A program made the position numbers and the translations under genes. Source: an uncultured Gammaproteobacteria bacterium (GTDB taxonomy: Bacteria > Patescibacteriota > Patescibacteriia > UBA1558 > GWA2-36-10). Taken from it: DNA of 64,000 nucleotides. Positions within the stretch are counted from its first letter, which is position 1. Every line of letters begins with the position of its first letter. The DNA lies in NCBI GenBank assembly GCA_964638415.1, contig CAZWYP010000002.1:33997-97996 (forward strand). Direction: 5' to 3'. Of this stretch, positions 9,776-20,081 are shown piece by piece. The notes beneath the pieces were generated by a model. It was not told the DNA's origin. It ran no database searches and saw nothing but the letters and a program-made list of their open reading frames with translations.

Positions 9776-9813
9776 AAATTAAGATATAATGCAGAAACTT
9801 ATTTAAAATAACT

Positions 9814-11553
9814 ATGAAATTACTTTGGGAGCATGTTAAAAAGTACAAGAAGACATTAGTTTTGACTATTGTTTTAGCTACTATTTCTCAGGTCTTTAGC
9901 TTGATCGATCCGCCGATTATTGGAATATTAATTGATAAATACGGCAGCCGGGCTAATGAATTATCCAACCAGGAATTTCTGCAGGGCATTTTATTATTGA
10001 TCGGCTTATGGATTTTAGTAGCTTTAGTATCCCGCATTGCCAAGAATTTCCAGGAATATTTTACTTCCTATATCACGGAAAAAGTCGGTGCTGATTTATA
10101 TCAGAAAGGAGTCAAACATTCTTTGCGTCTGCCCTATGAAATTTTTGAAGATCAGTCTTCCGGCAGGACTTTAGAGCAATTGCAGCGGGCTCGGGAAGAC
10201 AGCCGGCAGATTATTAATGACTTTATCGGCAAGATTTATTTATCCAGCATTACTTTACTATTAGTCATCGGTTATGCTTTTTACGTGTATTGGGCTATTG
10301 GCTTATTGTATCTAATTACCGGTCCCGTTGTCGGTCTGACCAGCTACTTTTTAGGCAAAAGAATTACCAAGGTGCAGAAAGAAATTTTTGCCCAAAGCAA
10401 TGAATTAGCCGGCTCTACTACGGAGACTTTGCGGAATGTGGAATTGGTAAAGTCTTTAGGGCTGGATAGCCAAGAAATTGGCCGTTTGAATAAAGTGACT
10501 GACGATATTCTGGCTTTAGAGATTAAGAAGATTAAAGTAATACGTTTGCTAAGCTTTTTGCAAGGCACTATGATTAATTTCCTGCGGGCTGTCCTTATTT
10601 TCTCCCTGCTGTTTTTTGCTTACCAAGGATTTATTAGCTTAGGTAATGTTTTAACTTTGATGTTTTATTCTTTCTTTGTCTTTAATCCCATTTTTGAGCT
10701 GGGTAATATTATTATTAAATATCATGAAGCTAAGGCCAGCTTAGAAAATTACCAGAAGATTCTCAACCAGCCGGTAGAAGCTTTGCCTGTAAATCCGCAA
10801 GCAGTGAATAATTTGCAGAAAATTGTTTTTAATAAAGTTAGCTTCCAGCATCACAGTGCAGAAGTTCCCGCAGTTAAAGACATCAGTTTGGAAATTAAGA
10901 CTGGGGAAGCAGTAGCCTTTGTCGGCCCTTCCGGTTCCGGCAAGAGCACGATGATGAAATTAATCTTGGGTCTTTACCATCCGCAGCATGGCAAGATTTA
11001 TTTTAATGATATACCGACTGACCAGCTGGATTACCAGGCTTGGCGCAAGAAAATCGGTTTTGTTTCCCAAGAGACACAGCTGTTTGCCGGGACCATCAAA
11101 GAGAATCTGCTGTTTGTGAAACCAGAAGCAACCGATGAAGAGCTGCTGAAAGTTTTGGAACAAGCCGCGGCCAATGCCATTTTAGCCAGAGCTAAATCAG
11201 GTTTGGATACCAGGATTGGAGAGAACGGCATTAAATTATCCGGCGGGGAGCGGCAGCGCTTGGCTATTGCCCGCGCGCTTTTACGCCAGCCTGAGCTTTT
11301 GATCTTTGATGAAGCCACTTCCAGCTTGGATTCATTGACGGAAAAGGAAATTGCCGACACTATTCATGATATTAGTAAGCAGCGTCAGGATTTAATTACC
11401 ATCAGCATTGCCCATCGTTTGTCGACAATTATTAAAGCGGACCGGATTTATGTCTTAAGCCAGGGGCAGCTAACAGAAACCGGCAAGCATGAAGATTTAC
11501 TGGCTAATAATGGCTTGTACCAGGCGCTATGGCGGCAGCAAACAGGAGTTTAG
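9814..11553 (+). CDS. ABC transporter, fused permease/ATPase (exporter type)
   Basis: An N-terminal 6-TM domain is followed by Walker A 'GPSGSGKST', the signature 'LSGGERQRLAIARAL' and Walker B 'LLIFDEATS'. There is no N-terminal C39 peptidase domain. Confidence 0.85.
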   Translation: MKLLWEHVKKYKKTLVLTIVLATISQVFSLIDPPIIGILIDKYGSRANELSNQEFLQGILLLIGLWILVALVSRIAKNFQEYFTSYITEKVGADLYQKGVKHSLRLPYEIFEDQSSGRTLEQLQRAREDSRQIINDFIGKIYLSSITLLLVIGYAFYVYWAIGLLYLITGPVVGLTSYFLGKRITKVQKEIFAQSNELAGSTTETLRNVELVKSLGLDSQEIGRLNKVTDDILALEIKKIKVIRLLSFLQGTMINFLRAVLIFSLLFFAYQGFISLGNVLTLMFYSFFVFNPIFELGNIIIKYHEAKASLENYQKILNQPVEALPVNPQAVNNLQKIVFNKVSFQHHSAEVPAVKDISLEIKTGEAVAFVGPSGSGKSTMMKLILGLYHPQHGKIYFNDIPTDQLDYQAWRKKIGFVSQETQLFAGTIKENLLFVKPEATDEELLKVLEQAAANAILARAKSGLDTRIGENGIKLSGGERQRLAIARALLRQPELLIFDEATSSLDSLTEKEIADTIHDISKQRQDLITISIAHRLSTIIKADRIYVLSQGQLTETGKHEDLLANNGLYQALWRQQTGV

Positions 11554-11568
11554 CGTCGTAATAAAAAC

Positions 11569-11597
11569 TTGCTTTTTTATCCCAATTTTATTATAAT
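11569..11597 (+). promoter_or_regulatory. Sigma70-like promoter: TTGCTT-N17-TATAAT
   Basis: The sequence 'ttgctt ttttatcccaattttat tataat' lies about 35 nt upstream of the glyQS ATG. Confidence 0.5.
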
Positions 11598-11632
11598 TTT
11601 GTTGTTAAACATCTTTAGTTAAATTAATTTTC

Positions 11633-13021
11633 ATGGAAAATCTGCGTAAAATTGACAAAGTAGTCAACCTGGCCAAGCGCCGGGGTTTTATCTATCCGTC
11701 TTCAGAAATTTATGGCGGTTTGGGCTCTATTTATGACTACGGCCCCTTGGGTGTGGAATTAAAAAATAATGTTAAAAAAGCTTGGTGGGATTTTATGGTT
11801 TCCCGTTTGGATGTAGTAGGTTTGGATTCTGGTATTTTAATGCATCCTAAGATCTGGGAAGCTTCCGGCCATTTAGCCGGTTTTACTGATCCACTGGTAG
11901 ATTGCAAGAAATGCAAATCCCGTTTCCGAGCCGATCATCTATTGGAAGCTAAAGGTATTAAGCCTAATTTTGGTACAGATAAAGCTTTGGACATGAAAAA
12001 CATCAAGTGTCCGGAATGCGGCGGTGAATTAACTGATGTCCGCCAATTTAATCTGATGTTCAAGACTTTTATCGGGCCGGTAGAAGAACAGGCTAATCAG
12101 ATTTACTTGCGACCGGAAACTGCTCAAGGCATTTATGTTAATTTTCTCAATGTTAAAGATTCTTTGAGAATGAAAATGCCTTTTGGTATTGCTCAAATCG
12201 GTAAGGCCTTCCGTAATGAAATTACGCCCGGTAATTTTATTTTCCGTATGCGGGAGTTTGAACAGATGGAAATGCAGTATTTTACCCATCCTAATGATAT
12301 TGACCAGTTATTTGACAACTGGCAGGCTTGGCGCCGGCAGTGGTATTTGGATTTAGGGATGAATGAGCAGAATCTCCGTTTCCGCGAGCATGATGCCAAT
12401 GAATTAGCGCATTATGCTAAGAGAGCTTTGGATATTGAATATAATTTCAGTTTTTCTGAACAGGAGACTTTTAAGGAATTAGAAGGCATCCATAATCGTG
12501 GCACTTGGGATTTATCCCGTCACCAGGAATATTCCGGACAGAAATTGTCAGTTAAGGATGAGAATAACCAGGATTATCTGCCGCATATTTTGGAAACTTC
12601 CGCTGGAGCAGACAGAACAACCCTAGCTTTCTTAATGGAAGCCTATACAGAAATAGAGGGAGGCCGGACTACTACTACGGAAAGTAATAAGGAGGTGGAA
12701 GTTGTTCTTAAGCTCCATAAGAAATTAGCTCCGATTAAAATTGCCATTCTGCCTTTATCTAAGAAAGAAGATTTGACTAAGAAGTCGTTGGAGGCTTACC
12801 AGCAGCTGGTTAAGGAATACCGCCTGCAATATGATGAAACCGGCAGCATTGGCAAGCGCTATCGCCGGCAGGATGAAATTGGCACTCCTTATTGTGTGAC
12901 CATAGATTTTGCTACTTTAGAAAATAACCAAGTGACAGTCAGAGACCGGGATACCATGGAGCAGGATCATGTGAATATTAATGAGTTAAGTGATTACTTT
13001 AGAGATAAATTTAAAAATTAA
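11633..13021 (+). CDS. glyQS: Glycyl-tRNA synthetase (alpha2 homodimeric type)
   Basis: N-terminus 'RRGFIYPSSEIYGGLGSIYDYGPLG', class II motifs, a C-terminal anticodon-binding domain. 462 aa. Confidence 0.9.
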   Translation: MENLRKIDKVVNLAKRRGFIYPSSEIYGGLGSIYDYGPLGVELKNNVKKAWWDFMVSRLDVVGLDSGILMHPKIWEASGHLAGFTDPLVDCKKCKSRFRADHLLEAKGIKPNFGTDKALDMKNIKCPECGGELTDVRQFNLMFKTFIGPVEEQANQIYLRPETAQGIYVNFLNVKDSLRMKMPFGIAQIGKAFRNEITPGNFIFRMREFEQMEMQYFTHPNDIDQLFDNWQAWRRQWYLDLGMNEQNLRFREHDANELAHYAKRALDIEYNFSFSEQETFKELEGIHNRGTWDLSRHQEYSGQKLSVKDENNQDYLPHILETSAGADRTTLAFLMEAYTEIEGGRTTTTESNKEVEVVLKLHKKLAPIKIAILPLSKKEDLTKKSLEAYQQLVKEYRLQYDETGSIGKRYRRQDEIGTPYCVTIDFATLENNQVTVRDRDTMEQDHVNINELSDYFRDKFKN

Positions 13022-13032
13022 AATAAAATAAT

Positions 13033-13617
13033 ATGAAAGCAGCACCAAAAAATCCAGAACCAACACCAGTGCGCGCTCCTCAAAGCAGCGGCGCTAAAAC
13101 TGCTCTGGTTATGGTTATTATCTTAATTATTATTGCCGGCGGCATCTATACTTGGCAGAATATGTTAGCCCAGGAGAAAGAAGGTGAAATAGAGCGTTTG
13201 CAGCAGCAGGTGAGCAATTTAAATGGACAGCTGGGACAGCTACAGAACCAGAATAGCGAATTAAATACCCAAGTAACTGAAATTCAGGAAGAAAAGGACA
13301 GGCAAAAGAAAATTGACGACATCACTGCGGCTATTGGTGATTTGTTTGTCAATAAATATAATGAAGATATCAGTGAATTAACGGTGAATATAGAGAAAGA
13401 TGCACCAGAGCATGTTTATGGTGGATTTAAATTATCTTTTGATCCTGATGTAGCTGGCGGTTATTTCTTCGCTACCGTAATAGAGGGCAAGTGGAAAATA
13501 GTGTTATCCGGCAATGGAGCAATACCCTGCGAGTTATTGGCTCACTACAATTTCCCGGATGAGATGAAAGATCAGTGCGTCTCAGTCGGCGATGATTGGG
13601 AATCTTACCAAGAGTAA
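13033..13617 (+). CDS. Hypothetical membrane-anchored coiled-coil protein (tandem paralog 1)
   Basis: Short N-terminus, then a TM helix (LVMVIILIIIAGGIYTWQ), a Q/N-rich coiled coil and a C-terminal globular part. Confidence 0.45.
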   Translation: MKAAPKNPEPTPVRAPQSSGAKTALVMVIILIIIAGGIYTWQNMLAQEKEGEIERLQQQVSNLNGQLGQLQNQNSELNTQVTEIQEEKDRQKKIDDITAAIGDLFVNKYNEDISELTVNIEKDAPEHVYGGFKLSFDPDVAGGYFFATVIEGKWKIVLSGNGAIPCELLAHYNFPDEMKDQCVSVGDDWESYQE

Positions 13618-13627
13618 TTTAAAAAAT

Positions 13628-14332
13628 ATGGATGCACCACAAACCAATCCAACTTTAACCAGCCACAAATCTCATACCGGAGCCTGGGTTATTTTAACGA
13701 TAATCATTACTTTAATTGTAGCAGGTGGCGGAGTCTATGCCTGGCAGTATACTATTCAACAGGAAAAGGATGGAGAGATTCAGAGGTTGAGTGAGCAGGT
13801 TGGTAATTTAAATTCACAAATCAGTCAACTGCAACAGGAGAAGATAATATTAACTGAGCAAATTTCACAATTACAAGATGAAAAAGAAAAACAATTAAAA
13901 GTAGATTTGGATAATTGGCAGATTTATACTCACCCACTAAATAATTGGACTATAAAATACCCGGAAGATTGGCATTATAAAGAATATAATCAAAGTGTAG
14001 GTTTCGCTCCCCAGGATTTTGTCTTTGATGATATATCAGAAAGTCCTCCTCATATTGAGTGGGTGATTTATCAGAATCCAGATAGGATTAGTATGCAGGA
14101 CTTTTTTAATGGTGCAAATAAACCAGATTACTTTAAGGATGCTCTTGGAGGAATAGAAAACGTAAATATTGATGGTATTGAATCTAAGAAATTTAAAAAT
14201 GTTGCGGGGATTACTTCTTATACAATTACAGTTATTCCTAAAGGAGAGTTATTTGTAGAGTTGTCAGATAATGGTGACAATCATCAAATAGACGGTATTT
14301 ATGAGGGGATGTTAAGTAGTATTAAATTTTGA
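13628..14332 (+). CDS. Hypothetical membrane-anchored coiled-coil protein (tandem paralog 2)
   Basis: Same architecture as the upstream gene and closely similar sequence (…ILTIIITLIVAGGGVYAWQYTIQQEKDGEIQRLSEQVGNLNSQISQLQQEK…). I placed the start at the first ATG after the upstream stop. Confidence 0.45.
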   Translation: MDAPQTNPTLTSHKSHTGAWVILTIIITLIVAGGGVYAWQYTIQQEKDGEIQRLSEQVGNLNSQISQLQQEKIILTEQISQLQDEKEKQLKVDLDNWQIYTHPLNNWTIKYPEDWHYKEYNQSVGFAPQDFVFDDISESPPHIEWVIYQNPDRISMQDFFNGANKPDYFKDALGGIENVNIDGIESKKFKNVAGITSYTITVIPKGELFVELSDNGDNHQIDGIYEGMLSSIKF

Positions 14333-14335
14333 TCA

Positions 14336-15604
14336 ATGTATAAAAAAATAGTAAGAAAAGACGGTAGCGTCATTATCTTAATTCCCAAGCATGAAACCAA
14401 AGCTGTCACTTTTGAGGTGATGTATAAAGTTGGCAGCCGCCAGGAAAGTGCTGCTATTAACGGTGTATCCCATTTTGTTGAGCACTTGATGTTCAAAGGT
14501 ACAGACCGTCGTCCAGACACTACTACAATTTTTAAAGAATTAGATTCAGTCGGTGCCGAATACAATGCTTTTACTGGCAAAGAATATACGGGATATTACA
14601 TTACTGCTGACAGTAAGCATTTAGTTTTAGCCATGGATATGCTGTCAGATATGCTGCATAATTCCAAATTTGACAAAAAAGAAATAGATCGGGAGCGGGG
14701 AGTGATTATTGAAGAGATTAATATGTATGAAGATAATCCTCTGATGTACGCGGAAGATGTCTTTGAGAATTTAATTTATCATGACACTGCTTTAGGGCGC
14801 TTAATTGCTGGTCCGCGGGAGAATATCCGCAAAGTGTCCAGAGACACTCTATATAATTACCATAAGAAATATTATTATTCCGGCAATATGGTTATTGCTT
14901 TAGCTGGTAAGTTCAATCAGTCACAAGCTTTGAAACTAATTAACAAATATTTCCCAGTCGGTAAAAAACAAGCTAGAGTAAGAATCCAACCCATTGCCAG
15001 TATTAAGCAAACCGGTCCGCAAGTAAGCATTCTTAACCGTAATTTAGAGCAAGTGCAGTTGGTTTTAGGCTTTCGGTCAGTTGGTAAGAAAGATAAGAAA
15101 TTTTTAACCCAGCAGTTATTGGCTAATATCTTGGGTGGTGCTATGAGTTCCCGGCTATTTATCCAGATCAGGGAGCGCAAAGGCTTATGCTATTTTATCC
15201 GGGCTAATGCTGATGGTTATGAGGATATTGGCAATTTCAACATCCATAGCGGTTTGAATAAGCTAAAAATATATGAAGCATTGTCAGCAATTAAATCTGA
15301 ACTGAATAAGATTAAAACTGAAGGAATAACCAAGGATGAATTATTTAAGGCTAAGGAGAATATTAAGGGCAGGATGATTCTTAATTTAGAGCATGCCAAC
15401 ACTTATCTTAATTTTATTGTCTGGCAGGAATTATTAGGCAAGCCCATTAAAGACTTAGAACAGCTATTGAAAGAATTAGATAAGATCAGCTTGAAGCAAG
15501 TTAATGACTTTGCCCGCCAAATGATCCAGTGGCCAAAGAGCAATCTGGCTATTATCGGGCCGTTTAAGAGTAAGCAAGAATTTTTAAAAATCTTAAAAAG
15601 TTAA
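14336..15604 (+). CDS. M16-family (pitrilysin/insulinase-like) zinc peptidase
   Basis: Inverted zinc motif HxxEH ('HFVEHLMFKGT') plus a downstream Glu. 422 aa. Confidence 0.8.
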   Translation: MYKKIVRKDGSVIILIPKHETKAVTFEVMYKVGSRQESAAINGVSHFVEHLMFKGTDRRPDTTTIFKELDSVGAEYNAFTGKEYTGYYITADSKHLVLAMDMLSDMLHNSKFDKKEIDRERGVIIEEINMYEDNPLMYAEDVFENLIYHDTALGRLIAGPRENIRKVSRDTLYNYHKKYYYSGNMVIALAGKFNQSQALKLINKYFPVGKKQARVRIQPIASIKQTGPQVSILNRNLEQVQLVLGFRSVGKKDKKFLTQQLLANILGGAMSSRLFIQIRERKGLCYFIRANADGYEDIGNFNIHSGLNKLKIYEALSAIKSELNKIKTEGITKDELFKAKENIKGRMILNLEHANTYLNFIVWQELLGKPIKDLEQLLKELDKISLKQVNDFARQMIQWPKSNLAIIGPFKSKQEFLKILKS

Positions 15605-15614
15605 TTATAAATAT

Positions 15615-16658
15615 ATGCCGGATTTAAAAAATATTTCCATTTCTACCGGATCAATGATCAGAGTCATCGTCATTCTATTAGTACTAGGCTTTGTCTATCT
15701 GGTCAAAGACGTGCTGGTGTTATTATTTGTAGCAATTATACTTTCTGCTGCTTTTGATCCAATGGTAGACTGGCTGCAGACTAAAAAGATACCTCGCGCT
15801 TTAAGCATTTTGGGCGTTTATATTATCTTCATCGGTTTGGTCGCCACTATTATCTATAGCTTAGCCGGACCGGTTAAGGACCAGATCTTAGACATTGCCC
15901 GCGATGCTAATACTGCCCAGATCTACCAGAAGGTAGATGAAGGCTTGCGCAATTTAAGCGCGATTGGCACGGCGGATCATCGTCCGACCAGCAGCGGTTT
16001 GTCCGTAGTAATTAGCAATTTATCCAAAGCTTCCAGCGGAATATTTAACTTTATCATTTCCCTATTCGGCGGCGTTGTTTCCTTCTTTATCGTCTTAGTA
16101 ATGACTTTTTATCTGGTGGTGGAAGAAGAAGGCATGAAAAGATTTATCCGCAGCTTAACGCCAGACCAGCATCAGCCTTATGTGACGCAATTGGTTAAAA
16201 GGATTCAGGAGCGCTTAGCCTGGTGGCTGCGCGGACAACTTATTCTCTCCTTAATTGTCTTTTTCTTGGTTTATCTGGGCTTGACTATTTTAGGAGTAAA
16301 ATACGCTTTATTATTGGCTTTAGTGGCCGGCATTTTTGAAATCATCCCTTACTTAGGACCAACGCTATCTGCTATCCCAGCTGTCTTTTTCGCCTTTTTG
16401 CAGAAGCCAAGCTTAGCGGTCTTTACCATTATTCTCTATGTTTTAATCCAGCAGGCGGAGAATCATTTAATTGTCCCTAAAGTAATGGGCAAAGTCGTTG
16501 GCTTAAATCCCTTGGTAGTTATTTTAAGCATTTTAATCGGTGCTCGCTTAGCCGGTGCTCTCGGCGCTTTATTAGCGGTTCCAGTGGTAACTGCTTTAGC
16601 AGTTTATGTTGAAGATTTGCTGGATAAGCAGAGAGCAGAAAGAAATAAATTAGCTTAA
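15615..16658 (+). CDS. AI-2E family transporter (UPF0118/PerM-like membrane protein)
   Basis: About 8 TM helices with the characteristic layout and the conserved 'IPYLGP' region. Confidence 0.65.
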   Translation: MPDLKNISISTGSMIRVIVILLVLGFVYLVKDVLVLLFVAIILSAAFDPMVDWLQTKKIPRALSILGVYIIFIGLVATIIYSLAGPVKDQILDIARDANTAQIYQKVDEGLRNLSAIGTADHRPTSSGLSVVISNLSKASSGIFNFIISLFGGVVSFFIVLVMTFYLVVEEEGMKRFIRSLTPDQHQPYVTQLVKRIQERLAWWLRGQLILSLIVFFLVYLGLTILGVKYALLLALVAGIFEIIPYLGPTLSAIPAVFFAFLQKPSLAVFTIILYVLIQQAENHLIVPKVMGKVVGLNPLVVILSILIGARLAGALGALLAVPVVTALAVYVEDLLDKQRAERNKLA

Positions 16659-17326
16659 TGTCTAAACTTTTTATCGTCGCTACGCCAATTGGCAATTTGG
16701 CAGATATTACTTATCGGGCAGTGGAGGTCTTGCAGGCTGTAGATTTTGTATTAGCCGAAGATAAAAGAGTGAGTAAAAAGTTATTTGACCATTACCAGAT
16801 TAACACTGAGCTTTTAGTCTGGCATCAGCACAGTAAAGTAGGCGATTGGCAAAAGATTAGAAGATTATTGCAGCAAGGCCAAGACCTTGCGCTAATTACT
16901 GATGCCGGCACGCCGGGTGTTTCCGATCCTGGCGGTAAGTTAATTGAATTAGTCTTGAAGGAATTGCCGGAAACAAAAATCATTCCCATTCCTGGCGTTT
17001 CAGCTTTAACTGCTTTAATTTCCGTAGCCGGCATTGCGCTGGATAACTTTTTGTTTTTAGGCTTCCTGCCTCATAAGAAAGGAAGACAGACTCTAATTAA
17101 AGAAATTAAAGACAGTAAAGTTCCGGTTATCTTTTTTGAATCTGTCCACCGGATTAATAAAGCTTTAGAGCAATTGGCAGACAGCCCTAAGCAATTAATT
17201 GTCGGTCGGGAGTTAACCAAGCAGTTTGAGACTGTTTACCGGGGAACCGCCCAAAATATTCTTAGTCAATTAAATAAAAACAAAGATCAAGTTAAAGGAG
17301 AGTTTGTCGTGATTGTAAACAAATGA
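16658..17326 (+). CDS. rsmI: 16S rRNA 2'-O-methyltransferase RsmI (tetrapyrrole-methylase fold)
   Basis: N-terminus 'LFIVATPIGNLADITYRAVEVL...FVLAEDKRVSKKL' and the 'ITDAGTPGVSDPG' motif. Confidence 0.8.
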   Translation: MSKLFIVATPIGNLADITYRAVEVLQAVDFVLAEDKRVSKKLFDHYQINTELLVWHQHSKVGDWQKIRRLLQQGQDLALITDAGTPGVSDPGGKLIELVLKELPETKIIPIPGVSALTALISVAGIALDNFLFLGFLPHKKGRQTLIKEIKDSKVPVIFFESVHRINKALEQLADSPKQLIVGRELTKQFETVYRGTAQNILSQLNKNKDQVKGEFVVIVNK

Positions 17327-18762
17327 AAAAGTTTTATCTAACTACCCCTATTTATTATGTTAATGCTGCTCCGCATATCGGGCATGCTTATACTACGGTT
17401 TTAGCTGATGTTTTAGCTGCCTATTACCGCCAGCTTTATGGCAAGGATAATGTGTATTTTCTTACCGGCACTGATGAGCATGGCGCTAAGGTAGCCGAGT
17501 CTGCGGCTAAGCAGAAATTGACTGCTCAAGCATTTACTGATCAAGTCAGTCAGCAATTTAAAGATGCCTGGCAGAATTTAGAAATAGGTTATGATGATTT
17601 TATCCGTACCACAGACAAGCGCCATCAAAAAATAGTTCAGGAGATTCTAATTAAACTCAAAGATAAAGGCGTTTTATATGAAGCAGATTATGAAGGTTTA
17701 TATTGCATTGGCTGCGAAAAATTTATTTCCGAAAGCGAATTAATTGACGGCAAATGCCCAGATCATAACCGTATTCCAGAAATAGTCAAAGAAAAGAATT
17801 GGTTTTTTAATTTGCAGAAGTTTTTGCCGGAGATAGCCAAGCAGATTAAAGCGGATAAATTAAAAATAGTTCCCAGCACCAGGAAAAATGAAGTGCTAGG
17901 CTTAATTAAGCAAGGTATTCCGGATTTTTCCATTTCCCGTTCAGTTAAGTCAGTGCCTTGGGGCATAGACTTGCCTTGGGATAAAAACCAAAAAGCCTAT
18001 GTCTGGGTAGATGCTCTGCCTAATTATATTACGGCTTTAGATTATCCGCAGGGAGAAAAGTTTAAAAAATTCTGGCCGGCTGATGTCCAATTTTTAGGCT
18101 TGGAGATTATTAAATTCCATGCTTTGTACTGGCCGGCAATTTTATTGGCTTTAGGCTTGCCTTTGCCTAAAATGCTGGCAGTTCATGGCTTCTTTACCAT
18201 TGATGGCAAGAAGATGAGTAAGACTTTAGGCAATGTCATTCATCCTGATGAATTAGTTAAAGAATACGGAGCAGAAGCTACTAAGTATTTATTGCTTTCC
18301 CAGTTTTCTTTCGGTCATGAGTCGGATATTAAAGTCAGTGAATTTACCGTTAAGTATAATGCGGACTTGGTTAATGGTTTGGGCAATTTAGTGAATAGAG
18401 TGACTAATATGGTGGAGCAGTATTTAGAGGGTAAGCTTGCATTGACATTAAAGCCTGCTAAATGGACAGTGGCAGCAAATAAAGATATTTCCAATTTGCA
18501 ATTTAGGGAAGCTTTACTGAAGATTTGGGAGCCAATTCATAAACTGAATGAGCAGATTGACAAAACCAAGCCTTGGGAATTAGCTAAAGATCCTGCCCAG
18601 CACAGTAAACTGAAGAAGTTATTGACTGAGTTTAGCGAAGAGCTGTATAGCATCGCTAAAAGCTTGCAGCCTTTCCTGCCCAGTATCTCAGAAAAGATCA
18701 TTAAAATTTTAACTGCTAAAAAAATTAGCAAACCTAAAGAGCCATTATTTAAACGAAAATAA
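17323..18762 (+). CDS. metG: Methionyl-tRNA synthetase (short form, no C-terminal dimerisation domain)
   Basis: HIGH motif as 'PHIGHAYT', Cys-knuckle 'CIGCEKF...CPDH', KMSKS motif as 'KMSKTLGN'. Confidence 0.9.
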   Translation: MKKFYLTTPIYYVNAAPHIGHAYTTVLADVLAAYYRQLYGKDNVYFLTGTDEHGAKVAESAAKQKLTAQAFTDQVSQQFKDAWQNLEIGYDDFIRTTDKRHQKIVQEILIKLKDKGVLYEADYEGLYCIGCEKFISESELIDGKCPDHNRIPEIVKEKNWFFNLQKFLPEIAKQIKADKLKIVPSTRKNEVLGLIKQGIPDFSISRSVKSVPWGIDLPWDKNQKAYVWVDALPNYITALDYPQGEKFKKFWPADVQFLGLEIIKFHALYWPAILLALGLPLPKMLAVHGFFTIDGKKMSKTLGNVIHPDELVKEYGAEATKYLLLSQFSFGHESDIKVSEFTVKYNADLVNGLGNLVNRVTNMVEQYLEGKLALTLKPAKWTVAANKDISNLQFREALLKIWEPIHKLNEQIDKTKPWELAKDPAQHSKLKKLLTEFSEELYSIAKSLQPFLPSISEKIIKILTAKKISKPKEPLFKRK

Positions 18763-18763
18763 T

Positions 18764-19270
18764 ATGAATTGGTTAGATTATTTAATAATTCTTATCCTGT
18801 TATTCTTTATCTGGAAAGGATTCCGCGCCGGCTTAGTCGGAGCTATTGGCGGATTCTTGGGCATTGTCGTTGGCATCTGGGCCGGCAGTCATTTTATGGC
18901 CGCTTTTGGTTCTTGGCTGACAAATGCTTTCCATTGGGATAATCTGCAGCTGGCTAATATTATTGCCTTTGTGGCGATTTTCTTAGCCGTCAATATTATT
19001 TTCAGCATCATTGTCTGGATTATTAACAAGATTTTTAATATCATTCCCTTTATTGACTTAGCCAATAAGCTAGCGGGAGCAGTTATTGGCTTTATTGGCG
19101 GAGTACTGGCAGTGGCTGCCTTGATTTACTTAATGTCAATCTTTTCCTTAAGTGAAAGTTTCAACCAGACTTTAACCAGTTCCCAATTAGCTGATCTGGC
19201 AGTAGCAGTTGCCGTAATTGTCAAACCCCTGATTCCGGAAGCAATTAAAAGCTTAAAGTCCATACTCTAA
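18764..19270 (+). CDS. CvpA-family membrane protein
   Basis: 168 aa, four TM helices. The N-terminus 'WLDYLIILILLFFIWKGFRAGLV' is typical of CvpA. Confidence 0.55.
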   Translation: MNWLDYLIILILLFFIWKGFRAGLVGAIGGFLGIVVGIWAGSHFMAAFGSWLTNAFHWDNLQLANIIAFVAIFLAVNIIFSIIVWIINKIFNIIPFIDLANKLAGAVIGFIGGVLAVAALIYLMSIFSLSESFNQTLTSSQLADLAVAVAVIVKPLIPEAIKSLKSIL

Positions 19271-20080
19271 ATGTTAATTGATTCCCACTGCCATTTAAAC
19301 TTCCAAGCGTATAATGATGATCGCGAGGAAGTAATTAAGCGCTGCCATGCTGCCGGCATGAGATTAATTAATGTCGGGGCGGCTTTAGCTACTAGTCAGG
19401 GGGCGGTAAAATTAGCTCAGGAGAATAATAATTTTTATGCCAGTATTGGCTTACACCCAATTCATGTTTACGATGAGGAATTTAAAGCAGTGGATTACCA
19501 GCAGTTAATTGACAACAATCCAGGTAAAGTAGTAGCTTTAGGTGAAACTGGTTTTGATTATTACCACTTAGCAGAGCAATTTGCTAAAGGCGCTAAGTCA
19601 GTGGAAGAAGTCAGAGAAAGACAAGAAAATATTTTTCAGCAGCATATTGCTTTGGCTCAGCAGAATAATTTAGCCTTAATTGTCCATGGCAGAAATGGTG
19701 AGGATAATAATGCTTACCAGGATATTTACCATACTCTCAAGGAAGCTGGATTTAAGCGGGGAGTTATCCATTGTTTTGGCGGCAATTTAGCAGAAGCCAA
19801 GCAATTCGTGGAACTGGGTTTTTACCTAGGCTTTACAGGTATCCTGACTTTTGATAAAACAAAAGTAGTGGAAGAGATTGCGAGCTGGATGCCATTAGAT
19901 CGGATTTTAATTGAAACTGATGCTCCTTATTTATCTCCCGTGCCTCAGAGAGGTAAGCGCAATGAACCGGCTTTTGTCTACCACGTAGCTGAGAAATTAG
20001 CAGAGGTCAAGCATACTTCCGTGGCAGAAATTATTGAGATTACCGCAGCTAATGCCATTAAATTATTTGATTTGAAATAA
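19271..20080 (+). CDS. tatD: TatD-family metal-dependent deoxyribonuclease
   Basis: N-terminus 'LIDSHCHLN', with the conserved His/Glu/Asp ligands (…HCFGG…, …ETDAPYL…). Confidence 0.85.
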   Translation: MLIDSHCHLNFQAYNDDREEVIKRCHAAGMRLINVGAALATSQGAVKLAQENNNFYASIGLHPIHVYDEEFKAVDYQQLIDNNPGKVVALGETGFDYYHLAEQFAKGAKSVEEVRERQENIFQQHIALAQQNNLALIVHGRNGEDNNAYQDIYHTLKEAGFKRGVIHCFGGNLAEAKQFVELGFYLGFTGILTFDKTKVVEEIASWMPLDRILIETDAPYLSPVPQRGKRNEPAFVYHVAEKLAEVKHTSVAEIIEITAANAIKLFDLK

Positions 20081-20081
20081 C

